Positions 1-9,325 of a stretch of DNA of 64,000 nucleotides are shown here, one piece after another (the first letter of the stretch is position 1; the number at the start of each line of letters is the position of its first letter). A model generated the notes under the pieces. It worked only from the letters and a program-made list of their open reading frames with translations, was not told the DNA's origin and ran no database searches. The position numbers and the translations under genes are program-made. Origin of the DNA: Terriglobia bacterium (GTDB lineage: Bacteria; Acidobacteriota; Terriglobia; 20CM-2-55-15); the NCBI GenBank assembly GCA_965206125.1, contig CBDBIN010000044.1, positions 365,019 to 429,018 of the forward strand, read 5' to 3'.

Positions 1-1
1 G

Positions 2-433
2 GACGATGCGTTGCACCGGGACTGGATACTGTATTCCCAGGTCTACCTCGACCTCTGGGGACCGCCCGCCGACGAAGACTGGAAGATTCCTTACGTCCTG
101 GCGCGCGTCATCGAAGGCAACCAGGGCCGGGCCGTCCGACTTGCGATTGTCCCGGACATCCCTCGTTTCGACTACAGTGCGTTCGAGTTTCACATCCTGG
201 CTCGAAAGAACGCCGTCGTCATCATGCCACCCGGCCAGTTCGACCCAGAGGTTGCAAGCAACAGCGACTTCGTCCTGGCGGCGGAAGGTTCTCAGGGTTA
301 TCCGGGGTTGATTCCCGCCGGGGCGGACCGCATCAATCAGTACCTCCGCGAACACCTGGATGAATTCGAGGTCATCGAGCGTTTCGCGCTACCGACGGGA
401 AACATGATCCGACTGTATCGGGTTCGAAGATGA
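2..433 (+). CDS. 3' end of a hypothetical protein, probably a membrane glycosyltransferase-associated protein (truncated by the window edge)
   Basis: Frame is open from base 2 to TGA at 433, which overlaps the next ATG (ATGA); lies in a glycosylation locus. Confidence 0.55.
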   Translation, partial: DDALHRDWILYSQVYLDLWGPPADEDWKIPYVLARVIEGNQGRAVRLAIVPDIPRFDYSAFEFHILARKNAVVIMPPGQFDPEVASNSDFVLAAEGSQGYPGLIPAGADRINQYLREHLDEFEVIERFALPTGNMIRLYRVRR

Positions 434-2286
434 GCCGAGCTATGGGCATCGGACCGCTCGGCGAGAAACGGTGGTTGGCCCCGGTCCTGCTTACCCTCGT
501 CGTCCTGGCCGGCATCGCCCCGTTCGCGGACAGGGCAGTCTATATCGACGAGCACATTTTCCTCCGAATCGCCGACTCCGCCCTGGAAAACCCGCTGTTT
601 CCGGCGGACACACCGGCCGTTTTCTTCGGTTCGCTCCGAGAGGATTTCGCCAGCCACACACACCCGCCCGTCGGCGAATATTTCCTGGCAATTATCCGCC
701 TGGTAGTCCCGGTCTTTGACGAAGTGGCCTACCGGTTCTTGTTCGCTGTGTTTCCCGTCCTCGCGGTCATCTCTTTCCACCAATTGGCTCGCCGCTTCTC
801 GGAGACGCCCCTCGCCGTGTCGATGCTGTTTGCCTTCTGTCCGGCGTTTTTTGTCCTGAGCCCGACGCTCATGATGGACGTTCCGATGCTGGCGTTCCTA
901 CTCGCCGGTGTCGCGCTCTTCTTCGATCACCTGGACGGTCGCGGCGGCAGGCTCGTTCCCGCCGGCGCCTGCTTTGTCCTCGCGGCCGGTACGGGCTACA
1001 CGGCTCTGGTGCCGCTCGCTTGCCTCTTCCTGTGGGTCCTGTTCATGCGGCCCGGAGTGCGAGAGTTGGCGGCGATCGCTGCGGCGCCGGTTGCGCTCGG
1101 CCTATGGCTCGGGGCGATGACCCTTCACTTCGGCCGATTTCCTCTGACCGACACCTTGGGCTACTACACGGCACAACCGACTTTCTTCCTCCGAAACGTG
1201 GGCGCGACGTTCAGCTTTCTGGGCGGTGTGGGGTTGTTTCCATGGTCGGTGCCGGCCATCTCGGGATTGTCGAGACGTCAGCGAATCCTCTTCGCTCTGG
1301 TATCAGTCGTGGCGGCGGGGATGCTCGCGGCTGGCCTCGGGCTGGGGTCGACGCCTTACGCGCTATGGTTCGTGGTGTTGGCTTCGTGGGGAATCTTTCT
1401 CCTCGCGGCAGTGATCTGGAACGCCCGGCGACGATGGGCGGAAGAACCCGCGGTTCTGTTCATGCTCGCATGGATACTGGCAACCCTGGCTTTCTTCGCG
1501 CTCGTTGCCGACATGATCAACGCGCGCTACATCCTGCTCGTCCTGCCGCCCGCTTACCTCGTGCTGTTCCCCCGTCTGAAACTCCGTCATGCGGTGGTGG
1601 TCGCCGGCCTGGGACTGACCCTCTCGGTTACTGTGGCCTACGCGGATTACAGTTTCGTCAACGCGTATCCGGACTGGGTCCGCTCGAACATCGCACCACT
1701 CGAAGAGCGCGGGTACCGCGTCTGGAACGCAGCGGAATCGGGCCTGCGATTCTATCTTGAGGAACGCGGCATCGAAACGTTGACGACTACCGATACGCGG
1801 CCCACAGGCGGAGACATGGTGGTCCGACAGAACACGTTCCGCTACTCGCTCTCGGAGGAACTGGCTCCGCTGCTGGTGTTGGTCCAATCGTACGATCTGG
1901 ACGATCCCTTCCCGGTGAGGTCGTTCAACAGCGAAGCCGGTGCGGGACTTCACGACAGCCGTTCCGGTCTGGTACCGTACGTCCTGTCGGACGCCCGACA
2001 CGACCGGGTAGAGCTATGGCAACTGAGCCCGCTCGTCGAAGGACTGCCGCAGACCGATGTGTCTCGCTCCAAGGCCACCTGGAGCGAGCAAGGAGTGATA
2101 CTGGTTCAGACCGAGGACAGGCTGCGGGTCCCCTTTCAGTTCCCTGAAGGGACCGAGTTGAGATATGAACTCGAGGGCGAAGGGCGTGTCGAAAAAGGGG
2201 ACGGTTTTATTGACCTGATTCGCTCCGGTGAAGGACAGGTCGTCTGGCGCAATCTGCGCGTCGTCCCCGGGAGCTTTCCGAGATGA
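430..2286 (+). CDS. GT-C fold (ArnT/PMT-like) membrane glycosyltransferase
   Basis: Multiple TM segments, N-terminal YIDE acidic motif, HPP motif, 'NARYILLVLP' motif. Confidence 0.75.
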   Translation: MSRAMGIGPLGEKRWLAPVLLTLVVLAGIAPFADRAVYIDEHIFLRIADSALENPLFPADTPAVFFGSLREDFASHTHPPVGEYFLAIIRLVVPVFDEVAYRFLFAVFPVLAVISFHQLARRFSETPLAVSMLFAFCPAFFVLSPTLMMDVPMLAFLLAGVALFFDHLDGRGGRLVPAGACFVLAAGTGYTALVPLACLFLWVLFMRPGVRELAAIAAAPVALGLWLGAMTLHFGRFPLTDTLGYYTAQPTFFLRNVGATFSFLGGVGLFPWSVPAISGLSRRQRILFALVSVVAAGMLAAGLGLGSTPYALWFVVLASWGIFLLAAVIWNARRRWAEEPAVLFMLAWILATLAFFALVADMINARYILLVLPPAYLVLFPRLKLRHAVVVAGLGLTLSVTVAYADYSFVNAYPDWVRSNIAPLEERGYRVWNAAESGLRFYLEERGIETLTTTDTRPTGGDMVVRQNTFRYSLSEELAPLLVLVQSYDLDDPFPVRSFNSEAGAGLHDSRSGLVPYVLSDARHDRVELWQLSPLVEGLPQTDVSRSKATWSEQGVILVQTEDRLRVPFQFPEGTELRYELEGEGRVEKGDGFIDLIRSGEGQVVWRNLRVVPGSFPR

Positions 2287-3830
2287 GATGGGAGCCGGAA
2301 TCGATCGGGCGCCTGCGCCGCCTGCACCGCGACCTGGTCGACGAGATCGATCGCGCGCGCGCCGAGAAGCTCGGGGTCGAAACAAGGCTGGCGGTAACGG
2401 AAACGACCCTGGAGCAGATGTTCACATCCCGATCATGGCGATGGACCGCTCCCCTCCGATGGGTCACCAGAACGCTCGGGGGCGCCCCACCGGCAGAAAA
2501 CGCCTGCGACGCGGGGACGGCTTCCCTCGCCCCCGACACTTCGAGGGGGCGGAACCTCGATGAGCTGAACACTGTCTTCGACGAAGTCGCCGCGGCTTTG
2601 CACCGGCAGACGATGGAACACGAGTGCCATCGCGACCTGGAATCGTTCCTCGCATCAGACGGCGTGCTCTCATTCGACCCAGCGGCCGAACCGGAAGTTT
2701 CTGTCCTTCTGGTGCTGTTCAACCGTGCGGAGCTGACCCTCGGCTGCCTTCGATCGCTACTGGAGAACCGGAAGACCTCCTTCGAAGTCGTCATCGTCGA
2801 CAACTGCTCGACCGACGTCACCGACCGACTGCTCGAACGTATCGAAGGCGCCCACGTCATCCGCAACACCTCGAACCGACATTTTCTCGAAGGCATCAAC
2901 CAGGCGGCGGGCGCGGCTCGCGGGCGCAACCTGCTCGTGCTCAACAACGACACACGCCTGTTGCCGGGAGCTATCGAAGCAGCGATGGACACGCTCGAAA
3001 GCGCGGCGGACATCGGCGCGGTTGGAGGCAAGCTGGTGCTGCCCGACGGGTCTCTGCAGGAAGCGGGCAGCATCGTGTGGCGAGACGGGTCGTGCCTCGG
3101 CTACGGCCGGGGAGACGATCCGCTGGCGCCACCCTACATGTTCCGCCGGGATGTCGACTATTGTTCCGCCGCTTTTCTGCTGACTCCCAGAGAGCTGTTC
3201 GAACGGTTGGGCGGGTTCGACACTGCCTTCGCCCCTGCCTATTACGAGGAAACCGACTACTGCATGCGACTGTGGAACCAAGGGTTTCGAGTTGTCTACG
3301 AACCGTTCGCGGCGACGATCCACGTCGAGTTCGCCAGCTCGCGTCGGACCGAAGACGCTATCGATCTCCAGCGCGCCCACCAGAGGGTCTTCGTCGACAG
3401 ACACGGCGACGCGCTCGAACATCACCAGTCGCCCGATCCGACGGCTGTCCTGCTGGCGCGCTACGCCTCTCGGACCTCGCACACGAACTGCCTCGTTGTC
3501 GATGAGTGCCCGCGCGGAGCCGGCCTGGACGCGGCCGGGTTGGGACTCGTTTCGAACCTCGTCCAAGAGGGCAGCCGCGTGACGTTGTACCCAACCGGGC
3601 CCGCCCGAGAATGGGCCGACCTCTACCGTCACATTCCGAGAGAGGTCGAGATCATGCGGGGAGCCGGAGCGGAGGGTCTCGAAGACTTCTTTCACCAGCG
3701 GAGCGGCTACTACGATACGATTTTCGTGGGGCCCGGCGACAGGAAGCGAGTGGACGCGGTTGCGGAATCGCACCCAGATTGGTTCGAGAAAACCTCGATC
3801 GTCGATGCCACCACACACGCCAGCCCATGA
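2283..3830 (+). CDS. GT2 family glycosyltransferase
   Basis: VVIVDNCSTD, LLVLNNDT and YYEETDYC motifs; translationally coupled to the upstream gene. Confidence 0.9.
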   Translation: MRWEPESIGRLRRLHRDLVDEIDRARAEKLGVETRLAVTETTLEQMFTSRSWRWTAPLRWVTRTLGGAPPAENACDAGTASLAPDTSRGRNLDELNTVFDEVAAALHRQTMEHECHRDLESFLASDGVLSFDPAAEPEVSVLLVLFNRAELTLGCLRSLLENRKTSFEVVIVDNCSTDVTDRLLERIEGAHVIRNTSNRHFLEGINQAAGAARGRNLLVLNNDTRLLPGAIEAAMDTLESAADIGAVGGKLVLPDGSLQEAGSIVWRDGSCLGYGRGDDPLAPPYMFRRDVDYCSAAFLLTPRELFERLGGFDTAFAPAYYEETDYCMRLWNQGFRVVYEPFAATIHVEFASSRRTEDAIDLQRAHQRVFVDRHGDALEHHQSPDPTAVLLARYASRTSHTNCLVVDECPRGAGLDAAGLGLVSNLVQEGSRVTLYPTGPAREWADLYRHIPREVEIMRGAGAEGLEDFFHQRSGYYDTIFVGPGDRKRVDAVAESHPDWFEKTSIVDATTHASP

Positions 3831-3855
3831 ATCGCGACGGGAGACGATTTAGGTA

Positions 3856-5094
3856 ATGCTTGAATGGACCGGCGAACGCTTTCTGCCCTGGATTGAGGAG
3901 GCACTCGTTGCTTATGAGCACCTTCATCGGTACGCTTTCGCATCCCGGTTCGTGGCCGGCAAGAGGGTGCTCGACATCGGCAGCGGTGAAGGCTACGGCA
4001 CATTTCTGCTAGCGCAATCCGCCTCTTTCGCCGCAGGCATCGATGTAGACCTTCCAACGATAGAGCATTCCGCATCCAAGTACCGACGGGACAACCTCGA
4101 CTTCGTGGCGGCCTCGGCGATTCAGTTGCCTTTCGACAAGCCATTCGACGTCGTTGTTTGCTTCGAGACACTCGAGCACGTGGAAAACCAGGAGGGGCTG
4201 CTGAGCGAAGCCCGACGGCTCCTCGAACCCGATGGGCTATTGATCGTCTCGACACCCGACAAGCAGACGTATTCAGATGATCCCCACTTCGACAACCCTT
4301 TTCATGCCCATGAACTGTACTTCGAGGAGTTCCAGGATTTGCTCGGCCGCCACTTCAAGGAAACCCGCTTCCTGGGACAGCGCGTCTACCCGACCTCAAA
4401 TATCTGGCCTTTGGACGACCCAGAAGGATCCGGCTTTGCCGAGTACATAATCGAGCGCTCGTCGTCGGAGTTCGGGCTTGCGAAGTCGAAAAAGCCCGAC
4501 CCCGTGTACTACATAGGTCTGGCCTCAAACACATCCGGAACCTCTGGCTCGCGTAGCGTGCTGATCGACGTCTCCAATGCCTACTTTGACCAGATCCGGG
4601 ACCAGCTTTCCGAACATTCCGAGATTGGCGAGACGATCCAGGGAATGTTAGACGAGCACCGATTGGCACTCGAATGGAAGGATGAGCAGATCGAGGACCT
4701 GAACGGCGGCATTCGATCTCGTGACGAAGCGCTCGCCTGGCGCGCGTCCCAGATCGAAGATCTCAAGGAAGTCGAAGCGGCAGCCGAAGCGCTACGGAAG
4801 CACGTCGCGTCGATCGAGCAGGAGCAGGCAAGCACTGCCGAATACGCACGTTCTCTCGAGGAGAGCATCCGCGCGAAGAACGACTACGCGGACCGCCTGG
4901 AGGCTGGGGTTCGCCAGACCGAAGCCCGACTCGGAGAGACAGAGGCTCGCGTCAAGGAAAAGGCTCAGGAGGCGGCCGATGCCAGGTGGGAACTTGAGAC
5001 GCTGCAGGCGACCCGTGGCTGGCAGCTCATCATGTCGCTAAGGTCGTTCCGCCAGTCGATTCGCGACGTATTTTCAGGAATGTTCGGCCACTAG
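3856..5094 (+). CDS. Class I SAM methyltransferase with C-terminal coiled coil (WbdD-like glycan chain terminator candidate)
   Basis: VLDIGSGEGYG SAM motif, FETLEH motif, E/A/R-rich heptad C-terminus. Confidence 0.8.
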   Translation: MLEWTGERFLPWIEEALVAYEHLHRYAFASRFVAGKRVLDIGSGEGYGTFLLAQSASFAAGIDVDLPTIEHSASKYRRDNLDFVAASAIQLPFDKPFDVVVCFETLEHVENQEGLLSEARRLLEPDGLLIVSTPDKQTYSDDPHFDNPFHAHELYFEEFQDLLGRHFKETRFLGQRVYPTSNIWPLDDPEGSGFAEYIIERSSSEFGLAKSKKPDPVYYIGLASNTSGTSGSRSVLIDVSNAYFDQIRDQLSEHSEIGETIQGMLDEHRLALEWKDEQIEDLNGGIRSRDEALAWRASQIEDLKEVEAAAEALRKHVASIEQEQASTAEYARSLEESIRAKNDYADRLEAGVRQTEARLGETEARVKEKAQEAADARWELETLQATRGWQLIMSLRSFRQSIRDVFSGMFGH

Positions 5095-5101
5095 CAGGCT
5101 G

Positions 5102-6409
5102 TCAGGGCCCTCCCACCACGCGTGCCCGGACGCGAACGGGAACGCGCATGTGCCCGTAGGTTGACGTACGCTCGATCACCTCCAGCGCATAGGCGTTGTC
5201 CACCCAGTCGCAGTGTTCGTACTCGTCAAGAGTCCCATCGGCGACAGCCGGACAGAAGTGGTAGAAGCCGGCTTTCAGGTAGGGCACATCCAGGACGAAA
5301 TCGACCGATACGCGCTCCCCCGCACGGGCCGGAGCCATCCTGGAACCCTCGTAAAGGACATTTGTACCGGTGACGTCCTCGCCGAGACGATTCCGCATCA
5401 TGAAACCAACGTTTGGGCGTTCGACGTCCTCGGAGAACTTCACGGAAATCCGGATGCACACGCGCTCCCCCTGACCTGTACTCGCGACCTGTCGGCCGTC
5501 CCCGTTGAACACACCGATACCCACGACCCTGGCCTTTCCGTTGCCGTAGCGATCGTCGACATTCGGCATGTCGGGGATGAAATCCGGAATTCGTTCGAGG
5601 GCCGCGGGACTGAGGTCGAGGTCGGATGATCCTTCCAGCGCCTCTCCCAAGGGCCGGTCTCCCATCAGTTCCCCGTCACCCCTCGCCAACATGGCGGACA
5701 TGTATTTCGACGTCACCTCATCGGTCCGACCGAGCATCTTCATCTGGCCTCGCTCAATCCAAAGCGTCCGGTCCGCAAGGCTCCGCACGGCCGCCAGATC
5801 GTGCGACACGAACAAGATCGTCACGCCTCGCGCTTTCATATCGTGGATCCGACGGATGCACCGCTGTTGGAAAAAGATGTCCCCAACAGCGAGCGCCTCG
5901 TCCACGACCAGGATGTCGGGATCCATGTGAATCGCGACGGCGAACGCGAGTCGGACGAACATCCCCGTGGAATAGGTCTTTACGGGACGGTCGACAAAGC
6001 CTCCAATCTCTGCGAACCGCTCGATCGAGGGCATGCGCTCACGCGTCTCGGCTTCGTTGAACCCGAGAATCGACGCGTTCAGTATCACGTTATCCCGTCC
6101 GGTAAATTCAGGGTTGAAACCGGCGCCCAGTTCAAGAAGCGCGGATACCCTGCCGCCGGTCCGGATCGCGCCCGATGTGGGGCGGATCACGCCCGCAGCA
6201 AGTCGCAGCAGCGTGCTCTTCCCCGATCCGTTCTCGCCGATGATTCCCAGACATCCCCCCTTTCCGACTTCGAAACTCACGTCCCGGACCGCCCAGAACG
6301 GGCTATGGTAGGTTCGCCGGCCGAAGGTCAGCGCCTCCTTGAGGTGGTCCGAGGGGCGTTCATAGACCCTGAAGCACTTCGATACGTTCTCGGCGATGAT
6401 CTCGGGCAT
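5102..6409 (-). CDS. wzt: Polysaccharide ABC exporter ATP-binding subunit with C-terminal Wzt_C carbohydrate-binding domain
   Basis: Walker A GENGSGKST, signature YSTGMFVRLAF, VDEALAVGD, long beta-rich C-terminal extension; start taken at MPEII. Confidence 0.9.
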   Translation of the reverse strand: MPEIIAENVSKCFRVYERPSDHLKEALTFGRRTYHSPFWAVRDVSFEVGKGGCLGIIGENGSGKSTLLRLAAGVIRPTSGAIRTGGRVSALLELGAGFNPEFTGRDNVILNASILGFNEAETRERMPSIERFAEIGGFVDRPVKTYSTGMFVRLAFAVAIHMDPDILVVDEALAVGDIFFQQRCIRRIHDMKARGVTILFVSHDLAAVRSLADRTLWIERGQMKMLGRTDEVTSKYMSAMLARGDGELMGDRPLGEALEGSSDLDLSPAALERIPDFIPDMPNVDDRYGNGKARVVGIGVFNGDGRQVASTGQGERVCIRISVKFSEDVERPNVGFMMRNRLGEDVTGTNVLYEGSRMAPARAGERVSVDFVLDVPYLKAGFYHFCPAVADGTLDEYEHCDWVDNAYALEVIERTSTYGHMRVPVRVRARVVGGP

Positions 6410-6416
6410 AGGCGGG

Positions 6417-7226
6417 TTAGAGGACGTCCGCGAAAGCCGTTTTGGACTGTCGGAAGAAGAGCGCGCCAGCCAGGAAGAAAATCGCGGCCCAGGCCAACAG
6501 GATGACAACGTGTCCGAGGGAGGGTGGGGCGAGCTGCAGGAAAGCGTTCCTGTATCCGGTCAGTAACGTGGCCATGGGGTTCAACGCGTAGAACGACCGA
6601 TAGGGCTCGGGTACGAGACCGATCGGGTAGAAGATCGGCGTCAGCCACATCCAGAAAATCATGAGCACGTTGAGAACCTGGCTCGTGTCTCGAAAGAAGA
6701 CGTTCAGACTCGAAACCAGCCACCCGAGTCCCTGAGCCAGGATGACCAGCACGGGTAGATAGGCCAGGACCCACAGGTTCGAGATCTCGATCCTATGGAA
6801 CACAAGGAGCGCGCCCATGAGTATGGTCAAGCCAATGATGTGATGGATCAGGTTCGAGATCATGATCGCGATCGGTAGCACCTCCGACGGAATCACGGTC
6901 TTCGAGACCAGGTTGGCATTCTCGGTGATGGCCGTACAATTGCGAAGCACCGTGTCCTGGAACATCAGCCAGGGCAGAATGCCGCAGAATGTGTAAAGCG
7001 CGAAATTGTCGGTTCCGTACTCGGCGACGACAAGGCGGAACCGGAATACCATGGCGAATACGAAGTAATAGACAACCAGCAACGCCAACGGATACACGAC
7101 CGACCAGAAGAACCCGCCGACCGATCCGACATAGCGATGTTTCAGGTCACGGACGACGAGATTCTTCAGAAGGCTGCGGCTCGCCTTGAGCCGTGCGAGG
7201 AAGAACCAGACGTCCCCGAAAGTCAT
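6417..7226 (-). CDS. wzm: Polysaccharide ABC-2 exporter permease
   Basis: RDLKHRYVGS...FFWS, FRD, TPIFYP and LNP motifs; directly upstream of wzt. Confidence 0.92.
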   Translation of the reverse strand: MTFGDVWFFLARLKASRSLLKNLVVRDLKHRYVGSVGGFFWSVVYPLALLVVYYFVFAMVFRFRLVVAEYGTDNFALYTFCGILPWLMFQDTVLRNCTAITENANLVSKTVIPSEVLPIAIMISNLIHHIIGLTILMGALLVFHRIEISNLWVLAYLPVLVILAQGLGWLVSSLNVFFRDTSQVLNVLMIFWMWLTPIFYPIGLVPEPYRSFYALNPMATLLTGYRNAFLQLAPPSLGHVVILLAWAAIFFLAGALFFRQSKTAFADVL

Positions 7227-7316
7227 TTAGTGTCTACGCCTCCCATCTCGGACAAACAACGTCGGACAAACAATAGAGGATGCATCCAGCGTTTACAACG
7301 GATCTGCTAGTGGCCA

Positions 7317-8339
7317 CTAGGTCCCCAACGTCAGGGCGCGTACGGATACCCGGTGCTTCCACAACAGCCGGGCGAATTCCCCGCCCCCGAGACGCGCAAA
7401 CCGCCGGATCTCCCGCCGCGAGCGTAACATCGGCACTACCTGTCTCACTCCGGACCATTGTGCCTTGACGATCATCAGCGCGAGCGTCATGCGGGAGCTT
7501 CCAGTCGCAAACCGCCCCGAAGAACCCAGCGAGAAAAGCGCCCCGAAAGCGTGAAAGAAGAACCTCACAAGGGTAAACCCCGGCGATAAGAGGAGCAGGG
7601 GCAGAGGGAACAGTTTCAGCAGAACCCAGATCCGGTTCCGCTCGATCAGAAAGGCTTTCAAAGACGAAAATTCGCCGGCAGTTGCCGAGTGGAGGTGGTA
7701 GACACGGGCGGTTGGCACGTATACCGATCCCCACCCGGCGAGCCGGCCGCGCAGTCCCAGGTCGGCATCGTCGCCATAGGCGAAAAACCGTTCGTCGAAG
7801 AGACCTATCTGGTCGAGCATTTCGGCCCGGTAAAGAGCCGCAGCACCGTCCGGGAACAGAACCTCCTCGACCTTCTCGAACTGGCCCCGGTCCACTTCAC
7901 CGGATCCCCGTCCGTGGTTGAGCCCGTCCAAATAGATCAGGTGCCCGACTTTGTCGATCCTGCCTCGGTCTTTGGCAAAGAGGATCTTGCTTGCCGCCAT
8001 GCCAATATCCGGTGCCTGTTCCATCGCGGCAACCAGCGCACCCAGCCAGCCGGCCTCGGCCTCGGCGTCGTTGTTCAGTGTCGCCACATAGCGGCCACGC
8101 GCGCGTCGAATTCCGGCGTTGCAACCTCCGGCAAAACCGCGGTTCTCCGGCAACCGAACGAGCTGAAGACGCGAGTCCGTCAGAGATTCCAGGTAGTCGA
8201 CCGAACCGTCCACCGAACCGTTGTCGACGACGACAACCTCGAAGTCCTTGTACCCCTGGCGCCAGATCGAGTCGAGGCACCTCTCGAGCATCGATCTGCC
8301 GTTGAGGTTGGGGACGATGATGGAAACCGCGGGGTTCAT
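7317..8339 (-). CDS. GT2 family glycosyltransferase (rhamnosyltransferase-like)
   Basis: VVVDNGSVDGS, NRGFAGGCN, LNNDA and YGDDADLGLR motifs; start MNPAV overlaps the upstream stop. Confidence 0.9.
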   Translation of the reverse strand: MNPAVSIIVPNLNGRSMLERCLDSIWRQGYKDFEVVVVDNGSVDGSVDYLESLTDSRLQLVRLPENRGFAGGCNAGIRRARGRYVATLNNDAEAEAGWLGALVAAMEQAPDIGMAASKILFAKDRGRIDKVGHLIYLDGLNHGRGSGEVDRGQFEKVEEVLFPDGAAALYRAEMLDQIGLFDERFFAYGDDADLGLRGRLAGWGSVYVPTARVYHLHSATAGEFSSLKAFLIERNRIWVLLKLFPLPLLLLSPGFTLVRFFFHAFGALFSLGSSGRFATGSSRMTLALMIVKAQWSGVRQVVPMLRSRREIRRFARLGGGEFARLLWKHRVSVRALTLGT

Positions 8340-9325
8340 CGCTTCCGGGCCTGGATCATGAGCGTTGCGCCACGACCCAACAATGCTTCGAGGGCCGCGG
8401 CCGGGTAACAGGCCATCACGAGGGCAAGATAGGCCAGGTGGCGCACCCACGTCCCGATCCGTGCCTCGGACGCGTTGCGCCGCTTCGCACGGACCGCCCT
8501 GCTTACCGGATCAAGCGCCGGGAACATGCTCGACGCCAGAGCAGGGGCGTTGTCCCGCAGGTTGAAGTGCCGCACCCTTTCGACATAAAACCCGTTGTCG
8601 GCGAGCAGACCGAGTACAGCCTGGCGGGAATAGTCGATCAGGTGGCGCGGGACGTCGAGGCCGTACCATCGGATCCCGAACAGCCGAAACTGGATACTGT
8701 CGATGTTCGGCACCTGGAGGACCAGCCGGCCGGAATCCTTGAGCACCCGGCCCAGGGCAGCGAGCACCTCGCCGGGATTCGGCACATGTTCGAGCACATG
8801 GAGCAGAACCGCCGTATCGAAGCTTGCCGGCGGCAGGTCCACTTCCTCGAGCGTGCCGACCGACACGTCGACGCCATAGTCCCGTCGGGCGACCTCAGCC
8901 GCCCGGGGAGAAGCATCTACACCGTGGACCCGGAAGCCCTCCTGTTTGAGAATCCCGAGAACGGTCGCCGGCCCGCAACCGACATCGAGGATGCTCGCCG
9001 GTTCGGACGGCGACGCACACCGCGCCGCCCTCCGGATGAACGCAAGGTGATCGACGAGAACAACGCGCCTGTAGAGGCCTTCGAGCCGCGCCAGCCATCC
9101 GGTTCCCGACGCTTGCCACCAGTACGCGGGGGGATAGAACCCGGCGATCTCGTCCGCGGACGGCATCGGTTCCAGAAACAGACACCGGCAGTCTCCACAG
9201 CTCCGCAACGTGAAGCTCTCCTCGGAGGTCTCGAACAGGAAGTCGGTACCGCGACCAAAGAAAGCTGTCCGGGTCGCCAGGCAGACAGGACAGTGAATCC
9301 CGTCCTCGAGGGTTTGCTCAGTCAA
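8336..9325 (-). CDS. Class I SAM methyltransferase with N-terminal Zn-ribbon
   Basis: CPVC...CGDC, ILDVGCGPA and HVLEHVPNP motifs. Confidence 0.85.
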   Translation of the reverse strand: MTEQTLEDGIHCPVCLATRTAFFGRGTDFLFETSEESFTLRSCGDCRCLFLEPMPSADEIAGFYPPAYWWQASGTGWLARLEGLYRRVVLVDHLAFIRRAARCASPSEPASILDVGCGPATVLGILKQEGFRVHGVDASPRAAEVARRDYGVDVSVGTLEEVDLPPASFDTAVLLHVLEHVPNPGEVLAALGRVLKDSGRLVLQVPNIDSIQFRLFGIRWYGLDVPRHLIDYSRQAVLGLLADNGFYVERVRHFNLRDNAPALASSMFPALDPVSRAVRAKRRNASEARIGTWVRHLAYLALVMACYPAAALEALLGRGATLMIQARKR

